A program made the translations under genes and the position numbers. Positions 42,240-52,606 of a DNA stretch of 64,000 nucleotides are shown here, in pieces; the stretch's first letter is position 1; each line of letters begins with the position of its first letter. The stretch is from Candidatus Omnitrophota bacterium. Lineage in GTDB: Bacteria; Omnitrophota; Gorgyraeia; Zapsychrales; Fredricksoniimonadaceae. A model generated the notes under the pieces. The model did no database searches. It saw nothing but the letters and a program-made list of their open reading frames with translations, and was not told the DNA's origin. The stretch lies in assembly GCA_028865345.1 (NCBI GenBank), contig JAGWKL010000003.1, positions 128,184-192,183 of the forward strand. The letters are read 5' to 3'.

Positions 42240-44243
42240 ATGTCCAAAGCTTTGGTCATCGTCGAGTCACCTGCCAAGGTCAAGACGATCAATAAAATTT
42301 TAGGATCCAAATTCAAGGTCACGGCCTCCATGGGGCATCTGATCGATTTGCCGAAATCAACCCTGGGCGTCGACGTGGACCACGATTTTGAGGCCAAATT
42401 CATCGTGGTGCGTGACAAGCAGAAGACCATGACCAAGTTGAAAAAAGAGGCTAAGGACGCGCAGGAGATCTATATCGCCACCGACCCCGACCGTGAAGGC
42501 GAGGCCATCGGCTGGAATCTGATCGAGCATATCGCCAAGGGTAAGAAGGTCAGCCGGGTGGTTTTTCATGAGATCACCAGGGACGCGGTCAAGAAGGCCT
42601 TTTTGCATCCACGGGAGTTCAACCGTAAACTCGTGGACGCCCAAAATGCCAGGCGCGTCTTGGACCGCATGGTCGGCTACCAGATCAGCCCTTTGTTGTG
42701 GGAAAAGGTGGGTTCCCGTCTCAGCGCCGGCCGCGTGCAATCCGTCGCCCTGCGGTTGATTGTCGAGCGTGAGGAGGCCATCAGGGTTTTTGTGCCCCAG
42801 GAATACTGGCAGATCGCCGTCGACCTGCAGAAAGAAGGCCTCAAGGATGTCATCACCGCCAATCTGGAAAAGGTCAATGGCGAAAAGACGGATCTCAAAG
42901 ACCAGTCACAGACTAAAAAGATCGTCGGTGAATTAAAGGAGTCGGTTTTCAAGGTGTCTGCCATCAACACCAGGCAGGTGAAGCGCAACGCGCCGCCCCC
43001 GTTTATCACCAGCACCCTGCAGCAGGAGGCTTTCGGAAAATTGGGCTTCAACACCTCCAAGACCATGTCCATTGCTCAGGAACTTTATGAAGGCATTGAG
43101 ATCGGGGACAAGGAGCCTGAAGGCCTGATCACGTACATGCGTACGGATTCCGTCAACATTGCAGCCGAGGCCATAGAAAAAGTCAGGGGGATGATAGGCC
43201 GGGAGCATGGGTCTGATTACTTGCCCCAGCAGCCCAATAAATTCAAGTCCAAAAAAAGGGCCCAGGAAGCCCATGAAGCCATCCGTCCCAGCGATGTTTC
43301 CCGCAAACCGGAAGACCTCAAGCGCTATCTTACCGACGATCAATACCGCTTGTATGATCTTATTTGGAAAAGGTTCGTCAGCTGCCAGATGGTGAGCGCT
43401 GTTTTTGAGCAAACCAAGATCGAGATTGCCGCAGGCCCCGCCCATGGGGGGGCAAGCCGGTTTCAATTCGGAGCATCGGGTTCTATTTTGGCTTTTCCGG
43501 GCTATTTGACGATGTACAGGGACAATGACGACCAGGACATCAAGCTGGATCCTTCTTTATATGCCGAGGGCGATGCGCTCAATCTTCAGGAGGTCAAGCC
43601 TACCCAGCATTTTACCAAACCGCCGGGGCGGTATTCGGAAGGCACCCTGGTCAAGGCCCTGGAAGAGCAGGGCATCGGACGGCCTTCGACCTATGCGTCG
43701 ATCATCCAGACCCTGGTTTACCGCAATTATGTCCTGCGTGACCGGGGCTATTTTACAGCGACGGAGCTGGGTATCCGGATCTGCCGCCTGCTCATGGAAT
43801 ATTTCAAAAAGATCATGGACATAGGCTTTACCGCCCTCATGGAAGAGGAATTGGACTCCATTGAAGAAGGGGACAATGTTTATGCCAAGGTGCTGGCAGA
43901 TTTCTGGGGGCCTTTTAAAGAGGACCTGGATTTCGCGAAAGGCCATATCCAAAAGACGCAGATCACCATTGATAAACCCTGCCCGGAATGCGGCAAACCC
44001 ATGGCGGTCAAGTGGGGGCGGCGGGGGCGTTTTATCAGTTGTACGGGTTTCCCCGCCTGTAAGCATGCGGAACCTTTTATGACAGGCGTTAAATGTCCCT
44101 CGCCCGGTTGTACGGGGGAGTTGGTGGAGCGCCGTTCCCAGAGAGGGGCCCTTTTTTACGGCTGCAGCCGTTATCCGGAATGCAAATTCATTGCCAATAA
44201 GCTGCCTGTTGGGCCATCGGCGGAACCTGCCGCCAACCCATGA
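42240..44243 (+). CDS. topA: DNA topoisomerase I
   Basis: IVESPAK, DPDREGE, SAGRVQS, ITYMRTD, Zn ribbons. Confidence 0.97.
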   Translation: MSKALVIVESPAKVKTINKILGSKFKVTASMGHLIDLPKSTLGVDVDHDFEAKFIVVRDKQKTMTKLKKEAKDAQEIYIATDPDREGEAIGWNLIEHIAKGKKVSRVVFHEITRDAVKKAFLHPREFNRKLVDAQNARRVLDRMVGYQISPLLWEKVGSRLSAGRVQSVALRLIVEREEAIRVFVPQEYWQIAVDLQKEGLKDVITANLEKVNGEKTDLKDQSQTKKIVGELKESVFKVSAINTRQVKRNAPPPFITSTLQQEAFGKLGFNTSKTMSIAQELYEGIEIGDKEPEGLITYMRTDSVNIAAEAIEKVRGMIGREHGSDYLPQQPNKFKSKKRAQEAHEAIRPSDVSRKPEDLKRYLTDDQYRLYDLIWKRFVSCQMVSAVFEQTKIEIAAGPAHGGASRFQFGASGSILAFPGYLTMYRDNDDQDIKLDPSLYAEGDALNLQEVKPTQHFTKPPGRYSEGTLVKALEEQGIGRPSTYASIIQTLVYRNYVLRDRGYFTATELGIRICRLLMEYFKKIMDIGFTALMEEELDSIEEGDNVYAKVLADFWGPFKEDLDFAKGHIQKTQITIDKPCPECGKPMAVKWGRRGRFISCTGFPACKHAEPFMTGVKCPSPGCTGELVERRSQRGALFYGCSRYPECKFIANKLPVGPSAEPAANP

Positions 44244-45100
44244 TCAAATATCTGGACAAATTTTTTACCTATCTTGAAGTAGAAAAGAATTATTCCGGCC
44301 ATACCATCCTGAATTACCGCCTTGACCTGGAGGAGTTTGCACGGTTTCTTGATCAAATGCCCGTCACAAAAGTGGAGTACTCGGACCTACGCCGCTTTTT
44401 GGGCCAAATGAAGAACCGGAATTTGAAACCGCGTTCCGTGAGCCGCAAGCTTTCAGCCTTGCGCTCTTTTTTTAAGTTCCTTCAACGCGAAGGCGTCCTC
44501 CAATCCAATCCGGCCAAACTGTTGGTCACCCCGAAATTGGACAAACCGCTGCCGCATTTCATGACGGAAGAAGAGACCGTACGAATCATCGAGGCGCCCC
44601 AAAGCAACAAGGTAAGCGCCCTGCGGGACAAGGCTATTCTTGAGATCCTTTATTCGACCGGCATCCGGGTCAGTGAGCTGGTGGGCCTGCAGGCGGACGA
44701 CGTGGATTTTATCGGCAATATCATCAAGGTCAAGGGCAAGGGCAAGAAAGAGCGCATGGTCCCCGTGGGGGACAAGGCCCTGGATGCTTTAAAAGAGTAC
44801 TTGGACAAACGCCAAGCCAATCATAAGTCCGTCTTTCTTAATAAAAATGGTACGCCGTTGACGGACCGCAGCGTGCGCAATATCATCAATAAATATATTC
44901 TCCAGCAGTCCTTGAGCCAGCACGTCACGCCCCATATGTTCCGCCATTCTTTTGCAACGCACCTTCTGGATCATGGCGCCGATCTGCGTTGCGTGCAGGA
45001 GCTTTTGGGCCATGTCAATCTCTCCACCACCCAGATCTACACCCACCTGACCACCGAAAAGCTCAAAAAAGTCTACGACCGGGCCCATCCCCGGGCATAA
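44240..45100 (+). CDS. xerC: Tyrosine recombinase XerC
   Basis: GIRVSEL, GKGKKER, HMFRHSFATH, LGH, TQIYT; dprA-topA-xerC synteny. Confidence 0.9.
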   Translation: MIKYLDKFFTYLEVEKNYSGHTILNYRLDLEEFARFLDQMPVTKVEYSDLRRFLGQMKNRNLKPRSVSRKLSALRSFFKFLQREGVLQSNPAKLLVTPKLDKPLPHFMTEEETVRIIEAPQSNKVSALRDKAILEILYSTGIRVSELVGLQADDVDFIGNIIKVKGKGKKERMVPVGDKALDALKEYLDKRQANHKSVFLNKNGTPLTDRSVRNIINKYILQQSLSQHVTPHMFRHSFATHLLDHGADLRCVQELLGHVNLSTTQIYTHLTTEKLKKVYDRAHPRA

Positions 45101-45156
45101 TATAGATTCAAAACTTTTTAAATGTCTTTTAAATCCGCTGCAGTTATAATAATAAA

Positions 45157-46455
45157 ATGTTCCCGGTTTATGATTTCGTCCTTTTCCTTTATGCGCTGCT
45201 GTACCTGCCTTATTTGCTCGTCACCGGCCGCGGGTACGCGGGTTTTTCCATGCGGCTGGGGCGTTTTTCCCCGGAGGTCCGCAGGCATATAAAGCAAAAT
45301 GCCAATATTTGGGTGCATGCCGTCAGTGTCGGGGAAGTGATGCTCATTGATGCCATTTTGTTTAGGTTAAGGCAATTGTATCCTGCCTACCAGTTTATCG
45401 TGACAGTCACGACGAGGACCGGTTATCAACTGGCCTTGGAACGCCTGAAGGACAAAGCCCTGGTCGTGCCGTCACCCGTTGATTTTGGTTTTACGGCCGC
45501 GCGTTTTGTCGAGCTGATCGACCCCAAGCTCTATATTGCTGTCGAGACTGAAATTTGGCCGAATCTTTACAGGAAATTACATCTTAACGCCACCCCTACG
45601 ATGGTCATCAACGGGCGGATTTCGGATGCCTCTTTCGACCGTTATAAGCTTGTCCGTATTTTTCTAAAACCCATATTAAATTATATCAGGCTCTGGTGCA
45701 TGCAAACCCGGGCGGATGCTGATAGGATCATAAAGTTGGGGGCCGAACCTTCATGCGTCTGTGTGACGGGCAATATCAAATTTGATGAGTTGCCCAAACC
45801 GGCCGATGCGTCCGTCTGGCAATTGGGCCAGGGTCTCTCGTGGTGGGTGGCGGGTTCCACTCATCCCGGCGAAGAAGAGATGGTCATCAGCGTTTACAGC
45901 AAGCTCGTTAAATTTTATCCGCGATGGCGTTTGATCATTGTCCCCCGCCATATTGAAAGAACGCCCCAAATCATGGAGCTTATCGTCCGCAGGGGATTAA
46001 AGGCGGTCAAATTCAAAGAGGTTGCTTCCTCGGCACCGCCTTCCCGCATCGGCCTTTCCCTTAACGACGGCAAAGCCGTCGTGCCTTCTGATACTGTAGT
46101 GGTTGTAGACACCATCGGCCAGCTGCGCTCTCTGTATTCCCTCGCCTCCCTGGTCTTTGTGGGAAAGAGCTTGTGCGTCGGGGGAGGGCAAAACGTCATT
46201 GAGCCGGCATCTTACGGCAAGGCCGTCATCATCGGCCCCTTGGTCCAGAATTTCAGGGACATTGTGGCATGTTTTAAAGAACATGACGCCATCGTGCAAG
46301 TCGAGGGTAAGGAGGCCTTTGAGAAGGCCGTTTTAGCATTGTGCGCCGATGAAGACAGGCGGCGGATGTTGGGGGCCGCGGCCAAAGAAGTTATCGCCGC
46401 CAATCAAGGGGCCACCCAGCGCAGTTTGGAGCGCTTGAGGACGCTTTTAAAATGA
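45157..46455 (+). CDS. waaA: Kdo transferase
   Basis: WVHAVSVGE, ETEIWPN, GNIKFD, STH.GEE, PRH.ER, GGQN.IEPA. Confidence 0.95.
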   Translation: MFPVYDFVLFLYALLYLPYLLVTGRGYAGFSMRLGRFSPEVRRHIKQNANIWVHAVSVGEVMLIDAILFRLRQLYPAYQFIVTVTTRTGYQLALERLKDKALVVPSPVDFGFTAARFVELIDPKLYIAVETEIWPNLYRKLHLNATPTMVINGRISDASFDRYKLVRIFLKPILNYIRLWCMQTRADADRIIKLGAEPSCVCVTGNIKFDELPKPADASVWQLGQGLSWWVAGSTHPGEEEMVISVYSKLVKFYPRWRLIIVPRHIERTPQIMELIVRRGLKAVKFKEVASSAPPSRIGLSLNDGKAVVPSDTVVVVDTIGQLRSLYSLASLVFVGKSLCVGGGQNVIEPASYGKAVIIGPLVQNFRDIVACFKEHDAIVQVEGKEAFEKAVLALCADEDRRRMLGAAAKEVIAANQGATQRSLERLRTLLK

Positions 46456-47495
46456 ACCGATATCTGCTTTCCATCATGAAGGGGCGGCAAAACAGCTTCA
46501 CGGCCCAATTAATCATGTATTTATTGCTGCCGTGGTCCTTTCTTTACGGGCTGGGCGTCGTCTGCCACCGCAACCTCTGCCGCCTGCAGGGTATTTACAG
46601 GGCCCCCAAACCCGTGATCAGCATCGGCAATATCACCGTCGGGGGTACGGGTAAGACGCCCCTGGTCATCTGGCTCGTGAAGGGGCTGCAGAATAAAGGG
46701 ATCAAATCCATCGTTTTGATCCGTGGGTACAAGCCCCATGCTTCCAGGATGAGCGACGAAGTCGACATGTTGAATGAGCAAATACCTTATGTCCCGGTTT
46801 TGGCGGGGGCCGACCGGTCAGCCAATATACGTGAAGCTGAAAAAACGTTACCGGCGGACGTGTATATCTGCGATGACGCCTTTCAGCATTGGCCCCTGCA
46901 CCGTGATTTGAACCTGGTGACCATCGATGCCGGCAATCCCTTCGGCAACGGATATCTTTTGCCTGCGGGGATCCTGCGCGAAGGGCTTTCCGCCCTCAAG
47001 CGGGCGGATGTTTTCATGTTGACGAAAACCGACGGTCCCAGGGACATTCAAAATTTAATAGCGCGCCTTCAAAGGATCAACCCAAAAGCATTGATCATGG
47101 AAAGCCGGTATAAAAGCAGCGCTACCGTCGACGCTTTCGATGCGTTAAGCCTTCCTGAAGATTTCCTAAGCGGCAAGCGGGTGGCCGGGTTCTGCGCCAT
47201 CGGCGATCCGCTTTCTTTCGAGTTGAGCTTGAGGAATTCCGGGGCGGACGTCGTTAAAATGTTTGAGTTTATGGACCATCATGCTTACCGTGCGAAGGAT
47301 ATCCGCCGCATGGTCCAATTTTGCTGTACGCAGAACATTTGGGTGCTGGTCACGACCCACAAGGACATGGTCAAATTGCGGTCGTTCAAAAATTTGCTGG
47401 CAGGCATACGCCTGGTTTATATACCGGTCCAAATAGAGATCACCAAAGGAGCTGATGAGTTCTTTCAGAAAGTCTTTTCTCTTTGCCGCCGTTAG
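46452..47495 (+). CDS. lpxK: Tetraacyldisaccharide 4'-kinase
   Basis: GNITVGGTGKTP, DDAFQH, LPAG.LRE, DHH, TT.KD.VK. Confidence 0.95.
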   Translation: MNRYLLSIMKGRQNSFTAQLIMYLLLPWSFLYGLGVVCHRNLCRLQGIYRAPKPVISIGNITVGGTGKTPLVIWLVKGLQNKGIKSIVLIRGYKPHASRMSDEVDMLNEQIPYVPVLAGADRSANIREAEKTLPADVYICDDAFQHWPLHRDLNLVTIDAGNPFGNGYLLPAGILREGLSALKRADVFMLTKTDGPRDIQNLIARLQRINPKALIMESRYKSSATVDAFDALSLPEDFLSGKRVAGFCAIGDPLSFELSLRNSGADVVKMFEFMDHHAYRAKDIRRMVQFCCTQNIWVLVTTHKDMVKLRSFKNLLAGIRLVYIPVQIEITKGADEFFQKVFSLCRR

Positions 47496-49422
47496 GACAG
47501 CGGCCTTTATTTTTATGCTTTTGCCCATGAGGACAAGCCTGTGGCTGGGGCGTGTCCTGGGCTGGTTGGGATATTATTGCCTGTCCCAAAAAAGGAAGGT
47601 GGTTTACGCCAATCTGAAAACAGTGTTCGCCGGCGAGCGGAGCCCCCGGCAACTGCGGATATTGAGCAGGGAGGTCTTTGTCAACTTTATTCAAAGCGTT
47701 GTCGAGCTCTTGTGCCTGCCCAAGATCAAACGTCTGGGATTCCAGAAATTTGTCGAGTTGGAAGGCTCGGAACATATTGACCAGGGGCTGTCAAAGGGAA
47801 AGGGAGTGATCTTTTTGGCCATCCATTCGGGAAGCTGGGAATTGGCCAGTATCATCGGCGGGGTGACAAATGGCTCTTATTATATTGTGGCCAATGAGCA
47901 GCCCAAGCTTCCCCAATTGGACAAAATGCTCAATGAATACCGCACCATTGCCGGTGCCCGGGTGATCACTGCGGGCGGGGCCGGCAAGGGGATCATCAAG
48001 GTCCTTCAGGACAACGGAATCGTTTCCCTGGTCCTGGACCAGGGGGGAAGGACAGGCCTGGCGGTCCCGTTCTTAGGCAAAACAGCGTCCATGTCCACAG
48101 GAGCCGTAAGGCTTGCCCTCAAATACGGCTGCGCTTTATGCCCGGTTTGGATCAAGCGCTCCGCCGGCGGCAAGCACCTGTTGAAAGTTTTTCCGGAGCT
48201 TTCACTGGTCCAAACAGGTGACGTAGAAAAGGATGTGGAGGCCAACGTCGGGGCGGCGGTCCGGATTTTTGAGGGGCTGCTTAAAGAACATCCTGAGGAA
48301 TACCTGTGGTTCTACAAGGTCTTTAAATATTCGACCCAAGCACGGGTACTCATTATCGACGACGGGCGTACCGGGCATTTGCGCCAGTCGCAGGCCCTGT
48401 CCGGGAATTTGCGCGAAGTCTTGAAGAAAAGGGGCAAGCTTGCTCAGGAGAACACCGTCTCTTTGCAATGGCGGAACAATTGGAGCTCTTCCTGGCTTAC
48501 TTTTTATGTTTACCTGTCGCAGTATTTCAGTTTTCTGAAAAGAGAAGTATGTTTGAAATATTTTTTGACGGACCATTGTTTCGAAGAGCTCATGAAGCAC
48601 AAAGCGGATTTCGTGATATCCTGCGGTTCCCAGGCGGCAGGGACCAATTTTGTACTCAGCCGTAATCATTTGGCCAGGTCCATTTGCATATTGTCTCCCG
48701 GCATTATTTCCCACGAGCGTTTTGATGCCGTGGTGTTGCCGGAGCACGACAGGCCGAACGATTTCCGGCGGGCGCGTCTGATCCGCCCCAAGATATCCCC
48801 AAATCTGGTCAATGCGGCCTACCTTAAAGAGCAGGAAGAAGGGCTGCTGAGATATTATTCCCATTTAAAAGGCAATGTGCGCACCAAATTCGGCGTCCTT
48901 TTGGGCGGGGATACCGATGGCGTCAGGTTTGAAGAGGCCCAAATCCGCGAGTTGCTTGGCGGGCTCAAAGAGGCCGCCCTGCATTATAACGCAGACATTT
49001 TATTGACAACTTCCCGGCGTACGCCGCCGGCCGTTGAACAGGCCGTTGTCAGGGAATTTAAAAGTTTTGAACGCTCTTGTTTGTGCATCATTGCCAACCA
49101 GCGCAATATTCCCGAAGCTGTGGGCGGCATATTGGCCTTGTCCGATCTGGTCATTGTCTCCGGGGAAAGTATTTCCATGATCTCCGAGTCTTTGAGTTCC
49201 GGCAGGAGTACCATTGTGTTTTCTCCCCATGGCCGCTGGAGTGACCATCCAAGGGACAAATATGAAGATTTTGTGTTGCAATTGAACGACCAGGGTTATT
49301 TAATGTTAAGTTCGGTGGACGACATCAAGGCCAAAATCACATTGATCATGAGCCGTAAAATAAGCCTGAAGTCCGTGGATGACACGAAGATCATCCAAAG
49401 CGGCCTGGAGGCCATTGTTTAA
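47455..49422 (+). CDS. Lipid A late acyltransferase (LpxL-like) fused to ELM1/GtrOC1-like domain
   Basis: HSGSWE, DQ, PEEYLW in N-half; DGRTGH..QS, PEHD, LLGG, TTSRRTP, ESISMISE in C-half. Confidence 0.82.
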   Translation: MSSFRKSFLFAAVRTAAFIFMLLPMRTSLWLGRVLGWLGYYCLSQKRKVVYANLKTVFAGERSPRQLRILSREVFVNFIQSVVELLCLPKIKRLGFQKFVELEGSEHIDQGLSKGKGVIFLAIHSGSWELASIIGGVTNGSYYIVANEQPKLPQLDKMLNEYRTIAGARVITAGGAGKGIIKVLQDNGIVSLVLDQGGRTGLAVPFLGKTASMSTGAVRLALKYGCALCPVWIKRSAGGKHLLKVFPELSLVQTGDVEKDVEANVGAAVRIFEGLLKEHPEEYLWFYKVFKYSTQARVLIIDDGRTGHLRQSQALSGNLREVLKKRGKLAQENTVSLQWRNNWSSSWLTFYVYLSQYFSFLKREVCLKYFLTDHCFEELMKHKADFVISCGSQAAGTNFVLSRNHLARSICILSPGIISHERFDAVVLPEHDRPNDFRRARLIRPKISPNLVNAAYLKEQEEGLLRYYSHLKGNVRTKFGVLLGGDTDGVRFEEAQIRELLGGLKEAALHYNADILLTTSRRTPPAVEQAVVREFKSFERSCLCIIANQRNIPEAVGGILALSDLVIVSGESISMISESLSSGRSTIVFSPHGRWSDHPRDKYEDFVLQLNDQGYLMLSSVDDIKAKITLIMSRKISLKSVDDTKIIQSGLEAIV

Positions 49423-51509
49423 TGAATATTCTGCAAATTTTACCGGAGCTCAATGTCGGCGGGGTCGAAACCGGCACCGTGGATCTGGCCGGGTACCTGG
49501 TGTCCCATGGGCATAAGTCGGTCGTGGTTTCCAACGGCGGCGGCCTGGTCGCGGGGCTCCAGTCCCAGGGGTCCAAGCATTACACCCTCCCTGTGCATGC
49601 CAAGAACCCCATCACAGCTTTTCGCTGTATCGGCAAACTGGCATCTATCATCCAGAAGGAAAAGATCGATATCGTGCATGCCCGTTCCCGGGTGCCGGCC
49701 TGGATCGCTTTTTTTGCCTGCCGGCGGACGGAAGCCCATTTTATGACCACCTGCCACGGGTATTACACGCCTCATTTCTTCAGCAGGGTGATGGGGTGGG
49801 GGAAGACCGTCATTGCCATCAGTGACGCCGTCGGCCGCCATATGGTCCATGATTTCAAAACACCGGCGGAAAATATCCGGGTCATCCCCCGCAGTGTTGA
49901 CCTGGAAAAATTCAGCGTCCCGCGTGCGCCTAAGTCCGATAAAAAGTCCTTCACGGTGGTGATGGTCGCCCGGATCACTCCTTTGAAAGGCCATTCTTAT
50001 TTTTTAAAAGCCATGGCCCGCGTGATCCGCCGTATGCCGTCAGTCAGGGTCAGGATCATCGGTGAAGCGCCGCCCAAGAAACAGGCTTATAAGGACGAGT
50101 TGGTATTATTGACCAGGCGTTTGGGGATTTCAGAGCAGGTTGAATTTATGGGTAACCGGCGGGACATTCCTCAATTGCTGAGCAAGGCCGATTGTTTGGT
50201 CCTTTCGACGGTGACCCAGGAAGCTTTTGGCCGGGTCATCATCGAAGCCCAGGCCGCCGGCGTTCCTGTGGTGGCGACGAGCGTGGGCGGAACGACGGAG
50301 ATCATCGAGCATGAGAAAACAGGGCTTCTGGTATTGCCCAAGGATGTGGAAGCCATGGCAGCCGCCGTATGGCGTGTTTTAAATGATCCTGATCTGGCCG
50401 CGGGCATGGTCCTGGAAGCCAAAAAGAAGATCGAAAGCCGCTATACGCTGGAGCGCATGGCTGAAGCGACCCTGTCTGTTTACAAGGAATTGATGCAGGC
50501 GACAAAGATCTTGGTCATTAAGATGACGGCCGTAGGGGACGTGGTTTTGTCCACCGCCGCCATCAGGTCTATCCGCCGGAAGTTCCCCCAGGGGCGCATT
50601 TATTGTTTGACTTCATCGCAGGCCGGCCCTGTTGTGGAAAGTTTGCCATATGTCGACGAGACATTACTGTTCGACGGCAGGGGCCGCAATGTCAAAGCGC
50701 TGTGGCGGACAGCCGCCGAATTGCGCGAGTTCAATTTCGACAAGGTGATAGACCTGCAGAACAACCGGACAAGCCATCTGCTGTCTTTTTTGGCCTTACC
50801 CAAAGAATCGTACGGGTACAATAACGGCAAATTTTCATTTCTTTTATCAAAAAAGATCAAAAACAATGTCCGTAATATCCCGCCGGTTGAGCATCAATTC
50901 AGGATATTGGCGATGCTCGGCATCGACTATACTCCGGATTTGAGGCTCGAGCTTCACCCCTCATCGAAGGATGATGCCTTTGTGCAGGAAATATTGGACA
51001 GTGAATGGCTCAGCAATCCGCAGGTTTTTGTGGGTTTGAACGTTTCCGCCTCTGTGAGCTGGCCTACGAAGAATTGGCCCCTGGAGCACATGGCCAAATT
51101 ATGCGACATTCTGGGATCCAAAAATGTCCGGGTGGTATTGACCGGTGAAAATAAAGACAGGCCCCTGGGCAGGCAATTGATCGCCCGCGCCCGTGCCAAA
51201 CCGGCCAGTTTCATCGGTAAAACTTCCATCATGCAGCTGGCCGCCCTGATCAAGCGCTGCCGGGTCTATATTTCACCGGATTCGGCGCCTTTGCACGTTG
51301 CGGCGGGCATGGGGGTGCCCATCATCGCCTTTTTCGGGCCCACCGACAGCCGGCGTCATATGCCGCCGTCGGACAAAAGTATCGTCTTGCACCGGCCTCT
51401 TAAATGTTCGCCGTGTTATTCGAATGTATGCAGGATCAGGACCCATGCCTGCATGACTGAAATTATGCCCGAAGAAGTGGCCCGAAAGGTCATGTCATTC
51501 ATCAAATGA
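49422..51509 (+). CDS. GT4 glycosyltransferase fused to GT9 heptosyltransferase
   Basis: GGVE, HARSR.PAW, EAFGRVIIEA; then GDVV, K.WP, DSAPLHVA, FGPT. Confidence 0.87.
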   Translation: MNILQILPELNVGGVETGTVDLAGYLVSHGHKSVVVSNGGGLVAGLQSQGSKHYTLPVHAKNPITAFRCIGKLASIIQKEKIDIVHARSRVPAWIAFFACRRTEAHFMTTCHGYYTPHFFSRVMGWGKTVIAISDAVGRHMVHDFKTPAENIRVIPRSVDLEKFSVPRAPKSDKKSFTVVMVARITPLKGHSYFLKAMARVIRRMPSVRVRIIGEAPPKKQAYKDELVLLTRRLGISEQVEFMGNRRDIPQLLSKADCLVLSTVTQEAFGRVIIEAQAAGVPVVATSVGGTTEIIEHEKTGLLVLPKDVEAMAAAVWRVLNDPDLAAGMVLEAKKKIESRYTLERMAEATLSVYKELMQATKILVIKMTAVGDVVLSTAAIRSIRRKFPQGRIYCLTSSQAGPVVESLPYVDETLLFDGRGRNVKALWRTAAELREFNFDKVIDLQNNRTSHLLSFLALPKESYGYNNGKFSFLLSKKIKNNVRNIPPVEHQFRILAMLGIDYTPDLRLELHPSSKDDAFVQEILDSEWLSNPQVFVGLNVSASVSWPTKNWPLEHMAKLCDILGSKNVRVVLTGENKDRPLGRQLIARARAKPASFIGKTSIMQLAALIKRCRVYISPDSAPLHVAAGMGVPIIAFFGPTDSRRHMPPSDKSIVLHRPLKCSPCYSNVCRIRTHACMTEIMPEEVARKVMSFIK

Positions 51510-52606
51510 ATATTCTTTTTTTGACAACGCACCTCAATACCGGCGGTATAACAAGTTATGTGCTGACCCTGGGCGAAGGGTTGGTTAAGTCAGGGCATAA
51601 GGTATGGGTGGCCTCCAGCGGCGGGGATCGTGTGCCGCGCGTGGAAGAGTTGGGCATGCGGCATGTCACGCTCAACATCCGTACCAAATCGGAAGCCCAT
51701 CCCAAGGTATGGTTGAGTTTGGGGGCGCTTAGAAATCTGGTCCGGGAAGAAAAGATCGATTTGATCCATTCTCAGACAAGGGTCACCCAGGTTTTGGGTG
51801 CCGTATTGAGCCGTTTATCCTCTGTTGCGATGGTCACCACCTGCCACGGCTTTTTTAGGCCGCGCTGGTTCAGAAAAGCTTTCCCCTGCTGGGGCCGCGG
51901 CGTTATTGCCGTCAGTCGACCCGTGGCCAGGCATTTAAGCGAAGATTTCGGAGTTCCGCAAAACCGGATCCATCTGATCTTAAACGGCATTGATCTAAAG
52001 CGATTTGTGACTGATGCGCCCGGAGAGCGCAGATCGGTAAGGGAACAATGGGGCATCAGCGCTGCAGCGCCGCTCATAGGCATTATCGCGCGTCTCTCCA
52101 GTGTCAAAGGCATAGATATTTTGATCAAAGCCATGCCCGCCGTGCTTAAAGAGGTGCCCGAGGCCAGGTTGATTATTGTCGGGCAGGGGCCTGAAGAGTC
52201 CGCTTTAAAGAAACTGGCCCAGGACATGTCCCTGACACGGCAAGTGCATTTTAAAAATACCATCAACCAGACCCATGAAATTTTGTGCGCCTTTGATGTT
52301 TTTGTCATGCCTTCCTTGATGGAAGGCTTGGGGCTCTCGGTGATGGAAGCGCAGGCCTGCGGCATTCCGGTCGTGGCATCAAGGGTGGGAGGCCTGGTCG
52401 ACCTGATTATCGATGGCACAAGCGGCTTTCTTGTCCCCGTCCAGGATGAAAAGGCCCTGGGCGGGCGAATCGTTGAGTGCCTGGCCAACCCCCGGAAAGC
52501 GCAAGCCATGGCCAGGCAGGCGCGGTTGAATATCGAAAATTATTTTTCCGCCTCCATAATGGTTGAGAAAACCGTGCGTATTTATGAACAATATTCTTGT
52601 CGTTAA
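51506..52606 (+). CDS. GT4 glycosyltransferase
   Basis: NGID, ARL...KG, EGLGLSVMEA. Confidence 0.88.
   Translation: MNILFLTTHLNTGGITSYVLTLGEGLVKSGHKVWVASSGGDRVPRVEELGMRHVTLNIRTKSEAHPKVWLSLGALRNLVREEKIDLIHSQTRVTQVLGAVLSRLSSVAMVTTCHGFFRPRWFRKAFPCWGRGVIAVSRPVARHLSEDFGVPQNRIHLILNGIDLKRFVTDAPGERRSVREQWGISAAAPLIGIIARLSSVKGIDILIKAMPAVLKEVPEARLIIVGQGPEESALKKLAQDMSLTRQVHFKNTINQTHEILCAFDVFVMPSLMEGLGLSVMEAQACGIPVVASRVGGLVDLIIDGTSGFLVPVQDEKALGGRIVECLANPRKAQAMARQARLNIENYFSASIMVEKTVRIYEQYSCR

Noticed and set aside
44240-45100. Tyrosine recombinase as the island integrase
   Set aside because: dprA-topA-xerC synteny and size indicate housekeeping XerC; it lacks an arm-binding extension
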